From the human T2T-CHM13v2.0 reference genome, Homo sapiens: a stretch of DNA of 64,000 nucleotides. The notes beneath the pieces were generated by a model. The model was not told the origin of the DNA. It saw only the letters and a list, made by a program, of their open reading frames with translations, and did not search any database. A program made the translations under genes and the position numbers. Each line of letters starts with the position of its first letter. Within the stretch, counting starts at the first letter, position 1. Shown here piece after piece: positions 14,621-29,100 of the stretch. Where the stretch lies: assembly GCF_009914755.1 (NCBI RefSeq), contig NC_060937.1; one strand, written 5' to 3'.

Positions 14621-15394
14621 ATTACTCATATTTTATTTAAGATTTCCGCATCTATATGTATATGTTGGACTAACATATACTAGATTTTTTTTTTTCATTA
14701 AAAAACTCAGCATATTTGTTTTCATCTTTCTTAAGAGAAGTTAATATGGTACTGGAATTTTTTCTTCTTTCCTAAGTTAAAGTAGCTAGCTTAATTCAAA
14801 AGAGAGTATGTATGTTTGTATATAACTGGTTTTGACAAATGCTCACATTTTTTAATGTTGTAGGTGAAATCATTTTTCTACATTTTATTTAAATGCCTGT
14901 CTTTAATGATTTTCTAAAACATTGTTAATTTTTTCTGTTTTTAAATATATTGGTGAGGATTATTTTGTCAGTTTTCTGTTGTTGTTGTCCTTTCCTTCTC
15001 AATGAATTCACTTTTTCTGTGCTTTCCACTTTATAAACTTCTTATTTGATGTTTATTATTTATTGTTATATTTGTTTTAGATATACTCTGTAGTTTTATT
15101 AGCAGCTTGATTGAATTTCTAGGCCTTCACTGTTCAATCTTTCCTATGTACATGGGAAAGCATTTAAAGCTAAACAATATTTATGTACTATTGATTTTCC
15201 ATCTAAGTTTTGATAGTATGTTTGTTACCATTAATGTAATTTTAAGCATTTTATTATATTCATTGTGTTAACTTATTTTACTGATGAATAACTTTAAGTC
15301 ACTTTTTATTATTTTCAAATGTTGGAGATAATTTAAATATGTATTTGCTACTTATTTCCAATTATATCTTGTGTCTTATGGACATACAAATACT

Positions 15395-15522
15395 AATGCG
15401 TGAAGTTATGGATGAATTCACTACCTTGATTTGATCCTTATACAACATGTACATATGTCAATATATCAAATTGCACCCTATAAATATATATAATTACAAA
15501 GTGTTCATTAAAAATATTAAAA
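15395..15522 (+). mobile_element. Short L1MA-type 3' terminal fragment
   Basis: ctaccttgatttgatccttatacaacatgtacat...aaattgcaccctataaatatatataattac. Confidence 0.65.
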
Positions 15523-17152
15523 TTGGTTAGCATTCTGTACTAACTTTAAAGTAGTTACATAGAGTACTTTAAAAGTCAAGAGAAATTTTGGGTATAATTA
15601 ACAGTATGAGCAAAATTATTGAGGTGAAAAAATTATGAACATAAAATACCAGAAATGATATAGACAAAAATGTCAAAAGTGAAAAAATAATAATCATTAA
15701 TAGAATATTCATTTTCACTTTTTTTTCATTTTTTCCTTCTATCTTTTAAGTTCAGGAAATAACTTGTGCAGGTTTCTTACATGAGTACATTGCATGTGAT
15801 AGGTGTTTGGTGTAGAAATCATTTTGTCACCCAGATAATAAGCATAGTACCTGATGGGTAGTTTTTCAGTCCTCACCCTCCTCCCATACTCCACCCTCAA
15901 GTAGGCCCAGGTGTCTATTGCTCCCTCCTCTGTCCATGTGTATTCAATATTCTGCTCCCACTTATAAGTGAGAATATGTGGCATTTGGTTATCTGTTCCT
16001 GTGTTAACTCACTAAGGATAATGGCCTCAAGTTCTATCCATGTTACTGCAAAGGACATTATCTCATTTTTTACAGTTGCATAGTATTCCACAGTGTGTGT
16101 GTATACACACATGCACACACAATCACACAACATTTTCTTTAACCAGTCTACCATTGATGGGCATTTCCATGTCTTTGTTACCATGAATAGTGCTATAATG
16201 AACATATGCATACATGTGTCTGCATGGTAGAAAAATTTATATTTTGGGAGGAATCTACCCAATAATAGCATTGCTGGGTTGAATAGTACTTCTGTTTTAC
16301 ATTCTTTGAGAAATCTCCAAACTGTTTTTTACAGTGGCTGAACTAATTTACACTCCCACCAGCAGTGTATAGGAATTCCCTTTTCTCCACATCCCTGCCG
16401 GCATCTATTATGCCTGACTTTTTAATATGGCCATTCTAACTGGTGTGAGATGGCATCTCACTGTGGTTTTCATTTGCTTTTCTCTAATGATTAGTGATGC
16501 TGAGTTTTTTTTCATATGCTTATTAGACACATATGTCTTCTTTTAAAAGTGTCTGTTCATGTCCTTTGCCCACTTTTTAACGGGGCTGTTTGTTTTTTGC
16601 TTGTTCATTGTTTTAGTTCTTTATAGATTCTGGATATCAGACTTTTGTTGGATGAGTAGTTTGTAAATACTTTCTCCCATTTTGTAAATTGTCTGTTTAC
16701 TTTGTTGATAGCTTATTTTATTGTGCAAAGCTCTTTAATTATGTCCCATTTGTGAATTTTTATTTTTACTGCAATTGCTTTTGGCATCTTTGTCACAAAA
16801 TCTTTGCCAGAGCCTGTGTCTAGAATGGTATTTCCAATGTTTTCTTCTAGGGCTTTTATAGTTTTAGGTTTTTATGTTTAAGTCTTTAATCCATCATGAG
16901 TTGACTTTTTTATGTAATGTAAGGAAGGGGTCCAGTTTCAATCTTCCACATGTGGCTAGTTAGCCCAGAGTCATGTATTGAATAGAGAAATGATTGTAGG
17001 TGTGTCGCTCTATTTCTGGGCTCTCTATTCTTCTCAATTGGCTCTATTCTTCTCAATTGGTCTATATGCCTGTTTCTGTGCCAGTACCATGTTGTCTTGG
17101 TTATTGCAGCCTTGTAGTATAGTTTGAAGTCAGGTAATAAGATGCCTCCAGC

Positions 17153-17179
17153 TTTTTTTTTTTTTTTTTTTTTTTTTTT
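17153..17179. repeat. Poly-T run inside the L1
   Basis: 27 consecutive T at a T-rich L1 site. Confidence 0.9.
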
Positions 17180-17532
17180 GGATCACTTTGGCTGCTAAGG
17201 CATGTTTTGGTTTCATATAAAATTTAGAATAGGTTTTTCTAATTCTGTGAAAAATGCCATTTGTGGTTTGATGGGAATAGCATTGGACATGTATGTTGCT
17301 TTGGGTAGTACGGTCATTTTAACAATATTGATTCTTTTTATTAATGAGCTTGGAATGTTTTTCCATTTGTTTGTATTATTTATGATTGCTTTCATTGGTG
17401 TTTTATAATTCTTATTGTAGATATCTTCCCCTCCCTAATTAGCTATATTCCTAAGTATTTGTGTGTATGTGTGTGTGTGTGTGTGTGAATTGTGAATGGG
17501 ATTACATTCTTGATTGGGCTGCCAGGTTGGAC

Positions 17533-17819
17533 TTTTTTTTCTAAGAGGGTCTTGCTTTGTTGAGTAGGTGGTAGTGAAGTGGCCCAATCTTGCCTCACTG
17601 GCAGCCTCAATTTCCCAGGCTCAAGCAATCAACCCACCTCAGCCCCAGAAGCAGCTAGGAACTACAGGTCCATGCCACTATGTTTGGCTAATTAAAAAAA
17701 AATAGAGGTGACGGTCTCAATATTGCCTAGACTAGTCTTGAGTTTCTGGCCTCAAGGGATCCTCCCTCCTTAGCCTCCCAAAGTGTTGGGATTACAGGTG
17801 TGAGCCACTGCACCCAGCC
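17533..17819 (-). mobile_element. AluJ nested in the L1
   Basis: caggctcaagcaatc and ggcctcaagggatcctccc J-type diagnostics; L1 homology resumes at tattgttgatgtgtagaaatgc. Confidence 0.9.
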
Positions 17820-20524
17820 GAGATATTGTTGATGTGTAGAAATGCTACTAGTTTTTTTACAATAATTTTGTATGCTGACACTTTGCTGAAGGAGCCTTTG
17901 AGCAGAGACTATGGAGTATTCTAGGAATAAAATTATATCATCTGTGAAGAGAGATAGTTTGACTTCCTCTTTTCCTATTTGGGTGCCTTTATCTATTTCT
18001 GTTGCCTGATTGCTCTGACTAGGACTTCCAATGTTAGGCTGAATCGGAGTGTTGAGAGTAGGCATCCTTGTCTTGTTTCAGTTCTCAAGAGGAATGTTTC
18101 TACCTTTTGCCCATTCAGTATGATGTTGGCTATGAGTTTGTCATGGATGGTTCTTATTATTTTGAGGTATGTTTCTTTAATGCCTAGTGGGTTTAAGGTT
18201 TTTAATATGAGGAGATGTTGAATTTTGCCAAAAGTCTTATCTGTATCTATCGAAATAATCATGTCTTTTTGTTTATTAATTCTATTTATGTGATGAATCA
18301 CATTTATTGATTTGCACATGTTGAACCAATAATGCATCCTAGGAATAAAACCTACTTGATCATGTCAAATTAACTTTTTTGATAGGCTGATGGATTGTTT
18401 GCTACTATTTTGTTGAGAAATTTTTTTCTATGTTCATCCGGAATATTGGCCTGAAGTTTATTGTTGTTGTCGTGTCTCTGTCAGATTTTGCTATCAACCT
18501 TATAGCATCAGTTATGGAGTAGTTCCCTATTTTCAATTTTTGGAATAGTTTCAGCAGGATTGGTACCAGACTTTGTTATATGTCTTTTAAAATTCAAAAT
18601 TTGGCTCTGAATCTGTCTGGTGCAGGGCTTCTTTTTTTATTATTATTACTGATTCAATTTTGGAACTTATTATTGGTTTGGTCAAGGTTTCCATTTCTTT
18701 ATTGTTCAATCTTGGGAGGCTGGGTGTTTCTAGGAATTTATCCAGTTCTTCTAGGTTTTCTAGTTTTTGTGCATAGCAGTGTTTGTAATGGTTTCTGAGA
18801 GTTTTTATTTTTTTCCTGTGGAGTCAGTAGTAATGTTCCCTTTGTCATTTCTAATATTTTTTATTTGAATTTGGCCATTTTCCTGTGTTAGTCTAGCTAG
18901 TGTTCTATTAATCTCTTTTCTTCTTTCAAAAACCTAACTTTTTGTTTCATTACTCTTTTTCTATGTGTTTTTTTTTTGCACCTCAATTTTATTCAGTTCA
19001 GCTCTGATTCCTGTCATTTATTTTCTTCTGCTAGCTTTGGATTTGCTTTGCTTTTGTTTTTCTAGTTCCTCTAGGTGTAATATTTCATTATTAATTGGAG
19101 ATCTTTCCTATTTTTTCATGAGGGAGTTTACTGCTATAAACTTTGCTCTTAACACTGCTTTAGCTGTGTACAAGAGATTCTGGTATGTTGTGTCTTTGTT
19201 GTTTTCATTAGTTTCAAATAATTTCTTGAATTTGCCTTAACTTCATTGCTTACCCAAAAGTCATTCAGTAGTAGTTGTTTAATTTCTATTTAACTGTATG
19301 GTTTTCAGAGATCTTCCTAGTATTGGTTTCTATTTTTTTGTGCTGTTATCCAAGACTGGTTGGTATGATTTTGGCTGTTTTGAGTTTGTTAATTGTTTTT
19401 ATAGCTGAGCATGTGGTCTATTTTAAGGTATGTGCCACGTGCAGATGGCAAAAATGTATATTCTCTTGTTATTGGGTGGCATTTTCTGTGCATCTGCTAG
19501 GTCCATTTGCTCAAGTGTCAAGTTGAGATCCCTAATATCTTTGTTAGTTTTCTTTCCTCAATCATCTGTCTGATACTGTCAGTGGTATGTTAAATTCTCC
19601 CAGCATTATTGTGTGGTTATCTAAATCTCCTTATAGGTCCCTAAAAACATGTTTTATAAATCTGGGTTCTCCAGTGTTGGGTGCACGTTTACTTATGATA
19701 GTAAAGTCTTCTTGTTGAATTGAATCATTTATCATTATATAATTGCCTTCTTTGTCTTTTTTGATCTTTGTTGGTTTAAAGACTATTTTGTCTGAAACTA
19801 GAATGGCAACCTTGGCTCTGTTTAGTTTCCATTTGCTCAGTAAATTTTTATCCATTTGTTCGTTTTAAACCTATGTCATTACAGGTACAGTAGATCTCTT
19901 GAAGACGAAATAGCATATAGTTGCATCTTTCTTCTTTATACAACTTTCTACTCTGTGCCTTCTAAGTGTAGTTTTTACTCTATTTACATTCAAGGTTAGT
20001 ATTGATATGTGTGAATTTGATCCTATCATCATACTGATAAATGGTTTATATACAGACTTGATTGTGTAGTTGCTTATATTTCCAATGGTCTATGTAATTA
20101 ATTGTGTTTTGTGGTGGCTGCTAGTAGTATTTTGTTTCCATGTTTAACATTCCTTTAAGGACACCTTGTAAAGTAGATCTGGTGGTAACAAATTCCGTTA
20201 GAATTTGCTTCTCTAAAAATGATCTTATTTCTCCTTTGCTTATGAAGCTTAATTTGGCTGGATATAAGATTCTTGACTGAAATTTCTTTTATTTAAGAAT
20301 GCTGAATATACGCAGCCAATTTCTTCTGGCTTGTAGGGTTTCTGACAAAAGGTCTGCTGTTACCCTGATGGGGTTCCCCTTGTAGGTGGTCTGCCCCTTT
20401 TTTCCAGCTGCTTTTAATAGTTTTTCTTTTGTATTTACCTTGGAGAACATGATCACTATGTTTCTTGGAGATGGTTATTTTTTAGTTATACTTTTCTAGA
20501 AAATAGGTGCTTAACCAGAATGAG

Positions 20525-20613
20525 TATATATATATATAAATTCATATGTTTATATATATATATGGATTTATATTTTATGTTTATATATGTATGTGTGTAT
20601 ATATATATATATA
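20525..20613. repeat. (TA)n-rich low-complexity tract
   Basis: Several tatatata runs. Confidence 0.85.
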
Positions 20614-21785
20614 CGGATTCACTTATCACATTTAATAGTGAATATAGTAGCATTTTCTCAGTTACTAACTGGATAATGAATGAAACAGAAACTATGACAT
20701 TTTACTCACTGAAATGGGACTCCATTCCACATAGAAAAAGTAGTTTTCATAAAGAATTAACCTAGATATTGAATGAAAACATTATTTACTAGAATGTAAT
20801 TTAAAAATTTTCACACCCATGCATATAGGCTTGCCTTTTTTAAAGATTATCTGTGATTTGGAGTAGTGTAGCTTCATAAGCCAGAAAAAGCAATTATTGG
20901 TAGCAATTAGAATTGTAAGAAATCCTAAGCTCAAGCATTTTGCATTTGATTTTGTTGACAATGAGATAAAGGTAAATACACTGGCATTTTTTTTTTTCCG
21001 ACACAGTAACACCTAGTAGTGGATTAACTCGTAAAACAAATCTTCAATAGTTAAATATTCCATTTGTAACATGTTCATCTAGCCAAGATTACTTTCTTAA
21101 TTGCTGCTCATCATTAGAGTTGAGAAATTAATTTTCATCACAGGGAACATACAGAAGAAAAATTTACTATTTAGTTGGTAAGAAATTTTGCCAGTGCTAT
21201 TTCATAGAAATAATTGTCTAAATAGAATACATTTAAAAGAAAAAGTGTCTGCATTCATAGATACACATCTATGCACACATACATGAAAGAGTTGCCAATA
21301 GAACTGTGCCATGTTCTATGTTTTGTGATTATAAAATGAAACTATACAAAAAGGCAGCTGGAATTTGCCAAATAGGCAGAGGCCACAGAGGTTCAATTGT
21401 GCATATACTGCTCCAGTTTTCCAGAATAGCATGACTATTCTTCTCTTTATCATAATCATGCACAACCAGAAAAATTACATTAATAAAAACAAATCATAAT
21501 TGAAGATCTAAACTTCATTTCAGGATAATTTTGTTGAGATGTGTTACAGACAAAGGATGAGGCCATACTGGAAATAATTTAATTTTTTTAAAAATCCTAT
21601 GTTTAAAAATATTATGGAATTACTGCAAGTGTTATCTTTTTCCCCTCTGTCTTTGGTCAACCCATTATAATTAATAAAGTATGAAAAGTATAGTTATGTT
21701 ACTACAGATTTCTAAGAATTTTTTCTCTCCAGTTAACTTTAAAAGTTTGTTTTGGCTTAGAACAATTATAGGACCTACTGCTTAA

Positions 21786-22084
<299 letters not shown>

Positions 22085-24899
22085 GCTTAAAATGTTTTTA
22101 AAGTATAAAAAAGTGATGAATACAAAAGAAAGTTAAAAACTTTACTGGTAACCCTAGAGCTAGAATATATCCTCTAAATTTTAGTGTTTTGGAGGACATT
22201 TACATCCATGATCATAACTATTTAAAATAATATCTGTATTCCAGCTGTCGAGATTTGTTAATGCTAGCTGATATCCATTCTGAGACTACGCTTGCATTTA
22301 CTTCAGATAAATTATATTCTAAAAGTTAACATAGTTATGCCATTTGTATGCATACACATTGTGTTTTCTACTTAATTTTCTAGGCTAATTAACTTCTAAT
22401 GTTAAATTTTAGATTGGTCCTATGTTTGAGGTTTGTGCCTGCCAACTAAGTTTATCTCAAGCTCACATAATGGGTTTCACTGGAATACATTATGCTATAT
22501 TTATCATGAGGATAAATTATATTTTACCATCTCCCCCATATCGACAGGAGAGATTTCCATAGATTTCTAAAGACTAAAATCAGATAAAAATAAATATATT
22601 AATCATGATTCTACTCTGAAATTCAAAAGATCCTTGTGGGTCTGGAGTTTTTTAAGCACAACAAAGGACATTGATATATGATAAATTTATTTAGTAAGGA
22701 ACAAGAAATAAGAATATATTTTACCCCAATTCTGTTTCAGGGAATACATAGTTTTTTGTTTTTTTCCCAATTTCTACTGTCTTAATAGAGTTAAAGCAAT
22801 GTTTTGGACACACAATTGGTTAGCTGAAATAATTAAAAATGCTAGAAAACAGTTTCTTCTCACTCTCAAAGGAATCGACTTAATTGATCCTTCTTAATTT
22901 GAAGGTTTTTCATGAGAAAAATATTCTAATTTATTTAGTGCTATTGAGGAAAAAAAATAGTGGCACAAATTTCTGCCTCAGGAGTTCATAGCCTATGTCC
23001 CAGTTAAAATAGATCATAATTTCTGATTTCTTTCTCAAGATGGATATAGAAAAAAATGAATTGGTGGTCAGTTGATTTTTTATTGATGCTATATCTGGTC
23101 AAACAAATTTATTACTCCTGGGAAGTTGAATTTATCTATTTGAACATGCAGAAAATGTCATATAGAAGGCTCACCTACTGGTAATACTTTAATTATAATC
23201 TACAGTGTCTTTCTTTAACTCCAGTTCCTATATATAAAACTGGATCTGCTTCAATTTTGTTTCTTTCCAAATAGTGACTAATCTCCTAAAACATTAGTTA
23301 CACTGATATTAATGTATTAAAGTCATGATTCTAATTACTATTATCCCCAAATCTTCATCCTTCTTAGGGAAACAATATTTTGGAAGAATATTAGATAACA
23401 TTTTGCAATTAGGTCAGCCATGACAATTAAACAAGCAATACGGTATGAGTTTTGGCTTTTATTTATAATGTATAAACAAACAGGTAGTTAGTTGTACATT
23501 AGTAATCTCCAAGTCTTATAATTAAAACAGAACTTTTGACAACCTAGCAGTGACACTGGTTAAGTTAGCAAATTCATAACAACCAGCAAATTTCACTCCA
23601 GTTCTTATCTCTCCATCTGAACTCCTAAAAGAACTGTATACTTAAAGTGCTTTTAAAATAGAACACATACACTTGTATTTCATAATGACTTTGGATTCTA
23701 GGAATTAATTCCTCCTCTAATATCAGGTTTTTCTTCTTTCCCCAATGTGCAGTCACCAAGTAAATAACAGTTTCTTTGGAGAATGGCTATGTAAATGATT
23801 TTCATGTACACTTGACTTAGCTGGCTCTCTTATTCACTTAATGAGTCTGGGCTGAGATCCAAAAACTGGGTGACTACCCTCAGCATCCTGTTAATTCATC
23901 TTTGCTTTTTTATTTATTTATTTATTTATTTTTTAGATGACACAACTTGAGCAGTACCCTTGCTGTGTGCCCTCCTATGCAACCTCCAGGGATACTATGT
24001 TCTGTTAAGTATCTCCATGACTCTCTGTGGGTCAAGGTCCCCAAACTCCCACCATTTGCTCTCTATGACCTTTTGATAATTGTATCTACCTATCTTCTGA
24101 CAGTTAAGTATTGCCATGATTTCTTCTTGAGGGAAGTCTTTTATGCCCTTTATTTTCAGTAGTAATAATTATGGAAATGCCTCTCCTAGGATCAGGCTTG
24201 TACTAGAGAGAAAAATTGATACTGAACATTTTAGTGCCTCTATCTGTGCCTCTATCACCAGCAAATATGGGTTGACCATGCAGAGGAAGGGTTTCTCATT
24301 GTTAAGAAAAGTAGGAGTGTATATTTATAACAGAAAGGATTGAGTCATTTCTATAGACTGAGAGCTTTTGGAAAAAAAATCTTCAGATTCAGGATTTTAA
24401 AGAACATCAACCCAAACATAATGTTGACCTTAGAATAGTAGATGTAGTTTTGTTGAGAATGTAACCGTCTTTGGAGCCCAGATATGAATATTGACTTCTT
24501 ATCCTAGTACTCAGAATTCTCTATAATCATGCTGCAGGAGTTGAAGGCCAGTTTGGGTATGACCCAGGAAGCACTATGGTGTTCACACTTAACTTTCTTT
24601 TGCAAGTTGATGCCCCTTAGCTTTTTGTTACCTTTATCTGGAATGTCTGGATGTTAGTAAGAGCCACACAATTCTATTACAATTATAATTTTGCCATATT
24701 TCTGTAATTACCCATATGTTATAATCTGTAATCCATTCCTGTTAACTATTAAAGCACTGCAAATCACCAGTGGTTACTGTTGTAGCAAATGGACCACCAG
24801 TATTTGCCAGCATAATTCTATTCTCCAGCTAACACTAGTAATTATGTTTTCATTGTCAGCCATGTAGAGGGGGATTCAGCAGTAAAACTTCATTTTATT

Positions 24900-25320
24900 A
24901 TCGACTGCCTTTAACTACTTTTGTATTTATGCAGAAGAGAAGTTCTTCATGAAGAAATCTTTGAGATGGATATTCTAGCATGCATGTTTGTTAGGGACTA
25001 TCCTCAAGATCAATGATTGTGGAAGAAAGGCAAGAAAGCAAAGCTGAAACGTAATGAAGGCCCAATTTTGGCCATAAATATCCCATAGGGAGCTCTCAAG
25101 CTAACATGTTCATTCAGAGGAAACACAAACAGAATAAAGAAGACCAGGTCTTTACACCCTACAGCAAGCAGCCATTGTATGCCAGCTACAAGGAGGAAAG
25201 ATGTGTGATTTTTAAACAAGGCAGCATTCTGAAAGTAAGGCAATTCTGAAAAGGGCTAAAAGCCCTTAAGCATCTGGAACAATGGGTCCTCTATTGAAAG
25301 AGCAACAGGTCACTGCAACA
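24900..25320 (-). mobile_element. Old ERVL LTR, LTR16-like
   Basis: ggtctttacaccctacagcaagcagccattgtatg...aaggcagcattctg...aggcaattctgaaaagggct resembles reversed LTR16; diverged. Confidence 0.45.
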
Positions 25321-25399
25321 CAGTAATAAACTCTTATGTGCAATACTTGTAAACTAAGAATAATACAATATTGTGAAAAGTATTTAACAAGGATGTAAA

Positions 25400-26020
25400 G
25401 TGTTCAATGACATCTCAATGAAAATTGTAGTATAATTTTTTTGACAAGCTCCTTATGAAAAGTATACATTAATGCCAAGAACCAAGAATTGCCAATTCAA
25501 TTTTAAAGAAGGAGAAGGAGGAGCACTAAATAAAAAGAAAATTTTAAAAATCTGGAAGATTTATACTGCTACAAAGGTAGATCTTTTGTAAAGCAATTAT
25601 AATTAAGGTGGTATGAGATTGACAGGAACTCATGTATATTAGAAAACAGAACAGTACAGAGAATTCTGTAAGATAATAAAATGTTTATCAACTGCTTCTT
25701 AGCACAGATAACAGATGACACTGCAGTGCAGTAATGAAAAGGATACTCTTTTTTATAAATAATGATGTGTCAAATTGCCATTGAAGTAAGAACAATTATT
25801 ATTTTTTAACTTCATATAATATAAAATTCAATTTCAGATGTACTCAAAGTCTACATGTAAAAAAAGGCAAAAGTAAAGCAATATTTTTTAAAAAGAAAAC
25901 ATAGTAAAATATTTTATCAATTTAAGTAGGAAAATACTTCAAAAGAATAGCAAAACCACTATCTTTAAGGAAAAAATAGATAAACTGAAGGATACTAAGG
26001 TGAAAAACATTTGTTCTTTT
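25400..26020 (+). mobile_element. Ancient L1M ORF2 fragment
   Basis: A-rich, with L1 motifs aagaaccaagaattgccaattcaattttaaagaag and ataaaattcaatttcagatg. Confidence 0.55.
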
Positions 26021-26181
26021 AATCAAAATAAGTGACCATGGTGAGTCTCATTATTTTAGAAGACTTATTTGCCAAGGTTGAGGACACACCTGGGAAAAAA
26101 CATGGATCCACAGGAAAAATTGTGGTGCATGCTTTTTCCAAGAGGGCCTGGGGGCCTTGATATTAAAAGGTAAAAGGGTGG

Positions 26182-29100
26182 TGTATTAGCCTGTTCTTGC
26201 ATTATTATAAAGAAATACAGAGACTGCATAATGTATAAAGAAAAGTGGTTTAATTGGCTCACACTTTTCAGGCTGTACAGGAAGCGTAGCAGCTTCTGCT
26301 TCTGGGGAGGCCTTAGGAGCTTCCAATCATGCCACAGGCAAAGAAGGAGTAGGAATAACATGCTTTTGCCCTGTTTCCCCACCCAAATCTCATTTCAAAT
26401 TGTAGTCTTCACATATTGAGGGAAAGACCTTGTAGGAGGTGATTGATTCATGAGGGTAATTTTCCCCATGCTGTTCTCATGAAAATGAGGGATTTCTCAT
26501 GAAATCTGACGGTTTAAAAGTGTTTGGCTCCCTCACTCTCTTTCCCCTGCTACCTTGTGAGGAAGGTGTTTGCTTCTCCTTTGCCTTCTGACATGATTGT
26601 TAAGTTTCCTGGGGCCTGCCCGCCCTGCAGAACCATGAGCCAATTAATGCTGTTTTCTTTATAAACTACCCAGTCGCTGGTATTTTTTAGTAATGCAAGA
26701 ATGAGCTAATACATAAAATTGGTACCATGGATTGGGGCAATGCTATAAAGACATCTATAAATGTGGACGCAGCTTTGGGACTAGGTAACAGACAGAGTTT
26801 GGAAGAGTTTAGAGGGCTCAGAAGAAGACAGCAAGATGAGGGAAAGTTTGGAACTCCCTAGAGACTGGCTGAGTGGTTATGATCAAAATGCTGATAGTGA
26901 TGTGGACAGCGAAGTCCAGGCTGAAGTTGTCTCAGATGAAGATGAGGAACTTATTGTGAAGTAGAATAAAGGTCACTTTTGTTGTGCTTTAGCAAAGAGA
27001 ATGGTGGCATTTTTTGCCCCTGCCCTAGAGATCTGTGGAATCTTGAACTTGAGAGACATGATTTAGAGTATCTAGTGGAAGAAATTTCTAAGCAACAAAG
27101 CAGTCAAGAGGTAACTTGGTTTATTCCGAATGTGTTCAGTTATATGTGTTCTCAAAGAGATAGTTTGAAATTAGAACTTATGTTTAAAAGGGAAGCAGAG
27201 CATAAACGTTGGGTAAATTTGAGCCTGACCATGTGGTGGTAAAGAAAAACTCATTTTCTGTGGAAAAAGTTAAGCCAGCTGCAGAAATTTGCATAAGTAA
27301 CAAGGAACCAAATGTTAATAGCCAAGACAATAGAGAAAATATCTTCGTGGCATTTCAGAGATCTTTCCAACAGCCCCTCCTATCATAGTCCCAGAGGCCT
27401 AGGAGGTAAAAATGGTTTTGTGGGCTGAAACCAGGGCCCCACTGCTATGTTCAGCCTCATGACTTAGGGCCCTGTGTCCCCGCTGCTCCAGCTGTGGCTA
27501 AAAGGGGCCAAAGTACAGCTTGGGCCATTGCTTTAGAGGCTGAAAGCCTCAAGCTTTGGTGGCTTCCACATGTTGTTGGGCATGTGGGTATGCACAAGGC
27601 AAGAGTTGAGGTTTTGGAAACCTCTGCCTAAATTTCAGAGCATGTATGGAAATACCTGGGTGTCAAGGAAGAAATCTGCTGCAGAGGTGGAGCCCTCATG
27701 CAGAACCTCTGTTAGGGCAGTGCAGAGGGAAATGTGAGATTGGAGACCCCACACAGAGTCTCCACTGGGGCACTGCCTAGTGGAACTGTGAGAAGAGGGC
27801 CACCATCCTCTAGAGCCAAGAAAAGTAGAGCCACCGACAGCTTGTACCATGTTCCTGGAAAAACCATAGGCACTCAACACTAGCCCATGAGAGCAGACAG
27901 AGGGGCTGTACCCTGCAGAGTCACAGAGATGCAGCTGCAAAAGGCCTTGGGAGCCTGCTCCTCCCCTTGCATCAGTGTGTTCTGGATGTGAGACATGGAG
28001 TCAAAGGAGATTATTTCATAGCTTTAAGATTTAATAACTGCCCCACCAGGTTTCAGACTTGGCCTTTGTTTTGGCCAATTTCTCCCATTTGAAAATGGGA
28101 CTTTTTACCCAATGCCTGTGCACACACTGTGTCTTGGAACTAACTTGCTTTTGATTTTACAGGCTCATAGGTAAAAGGGCTTGTCTTGTCTCAGATGACA
28201 CTTTGGAATTGGACTTTTGGGTTAATATTGGAATGAGTTAAGGCTTTAGGAGACTGTTGGGAAGGCGTGATTGGATTTGAAATGTGAATAGGTCATGAGA
28301 TTTGGGAGGGGGCAGGGGCAGAATGATGATTTGGCTCTGTGTCCCCACCCAAATTTAATCTCAAATTGTAATCCCCGTGTGTTGAGGGAGGAACCTGGTG
28401 GGAGTTGATTGGATCATGGGGGTGGTTTTCACCTTGCTGTTCTCATGATAGTGAGGGATTTCTCACAAAATATGATGGTTTAAAAGTGTTCAGCTCATCC
28501 TCTTTGCTCTCTCTCTCTCTCCTGCCACCTGTGAAGAAGGTGCTTGCTTCTCCTTTGCCTTCTACCATGATAGTAAGTTTCCTGAGGCCTCCGCAGACAT
28601 GTGGTGAGTCAATTAAACTTTTTTATATATAAATTACACAGTCACAGGTAATATCTTTATAGCAGTATGAAAACGGAATAATACAATGACTCTTCCATGG
28701 CAGGAGGAAGAAAAAGAGAAAGATGGGTGGGGGGGCACGGGCAACACAATTTTAGATGACCAGATTTTGTGAGAACTGACCCATTGTCATGAGGACAGTA
28801 CCAAAAAAGATGGTAGTAAATCCTTCATAATAAACTCACCCCCATGACACCCCCCACCAGGCCGTACCTCCAACATTGGGAATTACAATTTAACATGAGA
28901 TTTGGGTAGGGACATATATCCAAGCTATATAATTGCGCCCTTGGCCCCTCCCAAACCTTATATCCTTCTCACATTGCAAAATACAATAATGCCTTCTCAA
29001 TAATTCCCAAAATCTTAACTTCTTCCAGCATTAATTCAAAAGTCCAAAGTCTGAAGTCTAATCTGAGACAAGGCTAGGCCCTTTCAACTCTGATCCTATA

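Larger units (their letters stand above)
15715..20480 (-). mobile_element. Long 5'-truncated LINE-1 (L1PA15/16-like): 3' UTR, disrupted ORF2 and ORF1 3' part, interrupted by AluJ
   Basis: 3' UTR agcatagtacctgatgggtagtttttcagtcctcaccctcc. ORF2 fragments in the ORF track: [44 protein letters not shown] (RT) and AKVAILVSDKIVFKPTKIKKDKEGNYIM (EN). Many stops and frameshifts. Confidence 0.93.

Noticed and set aside
23895-24162. Splice acceptor (ttttttag|atgac) plus 71-aa ORF as an exon
   Set aside because: The pyrimidine tract is a (TTTA)n microsatellite; no recognisable protein and no supporting donor.
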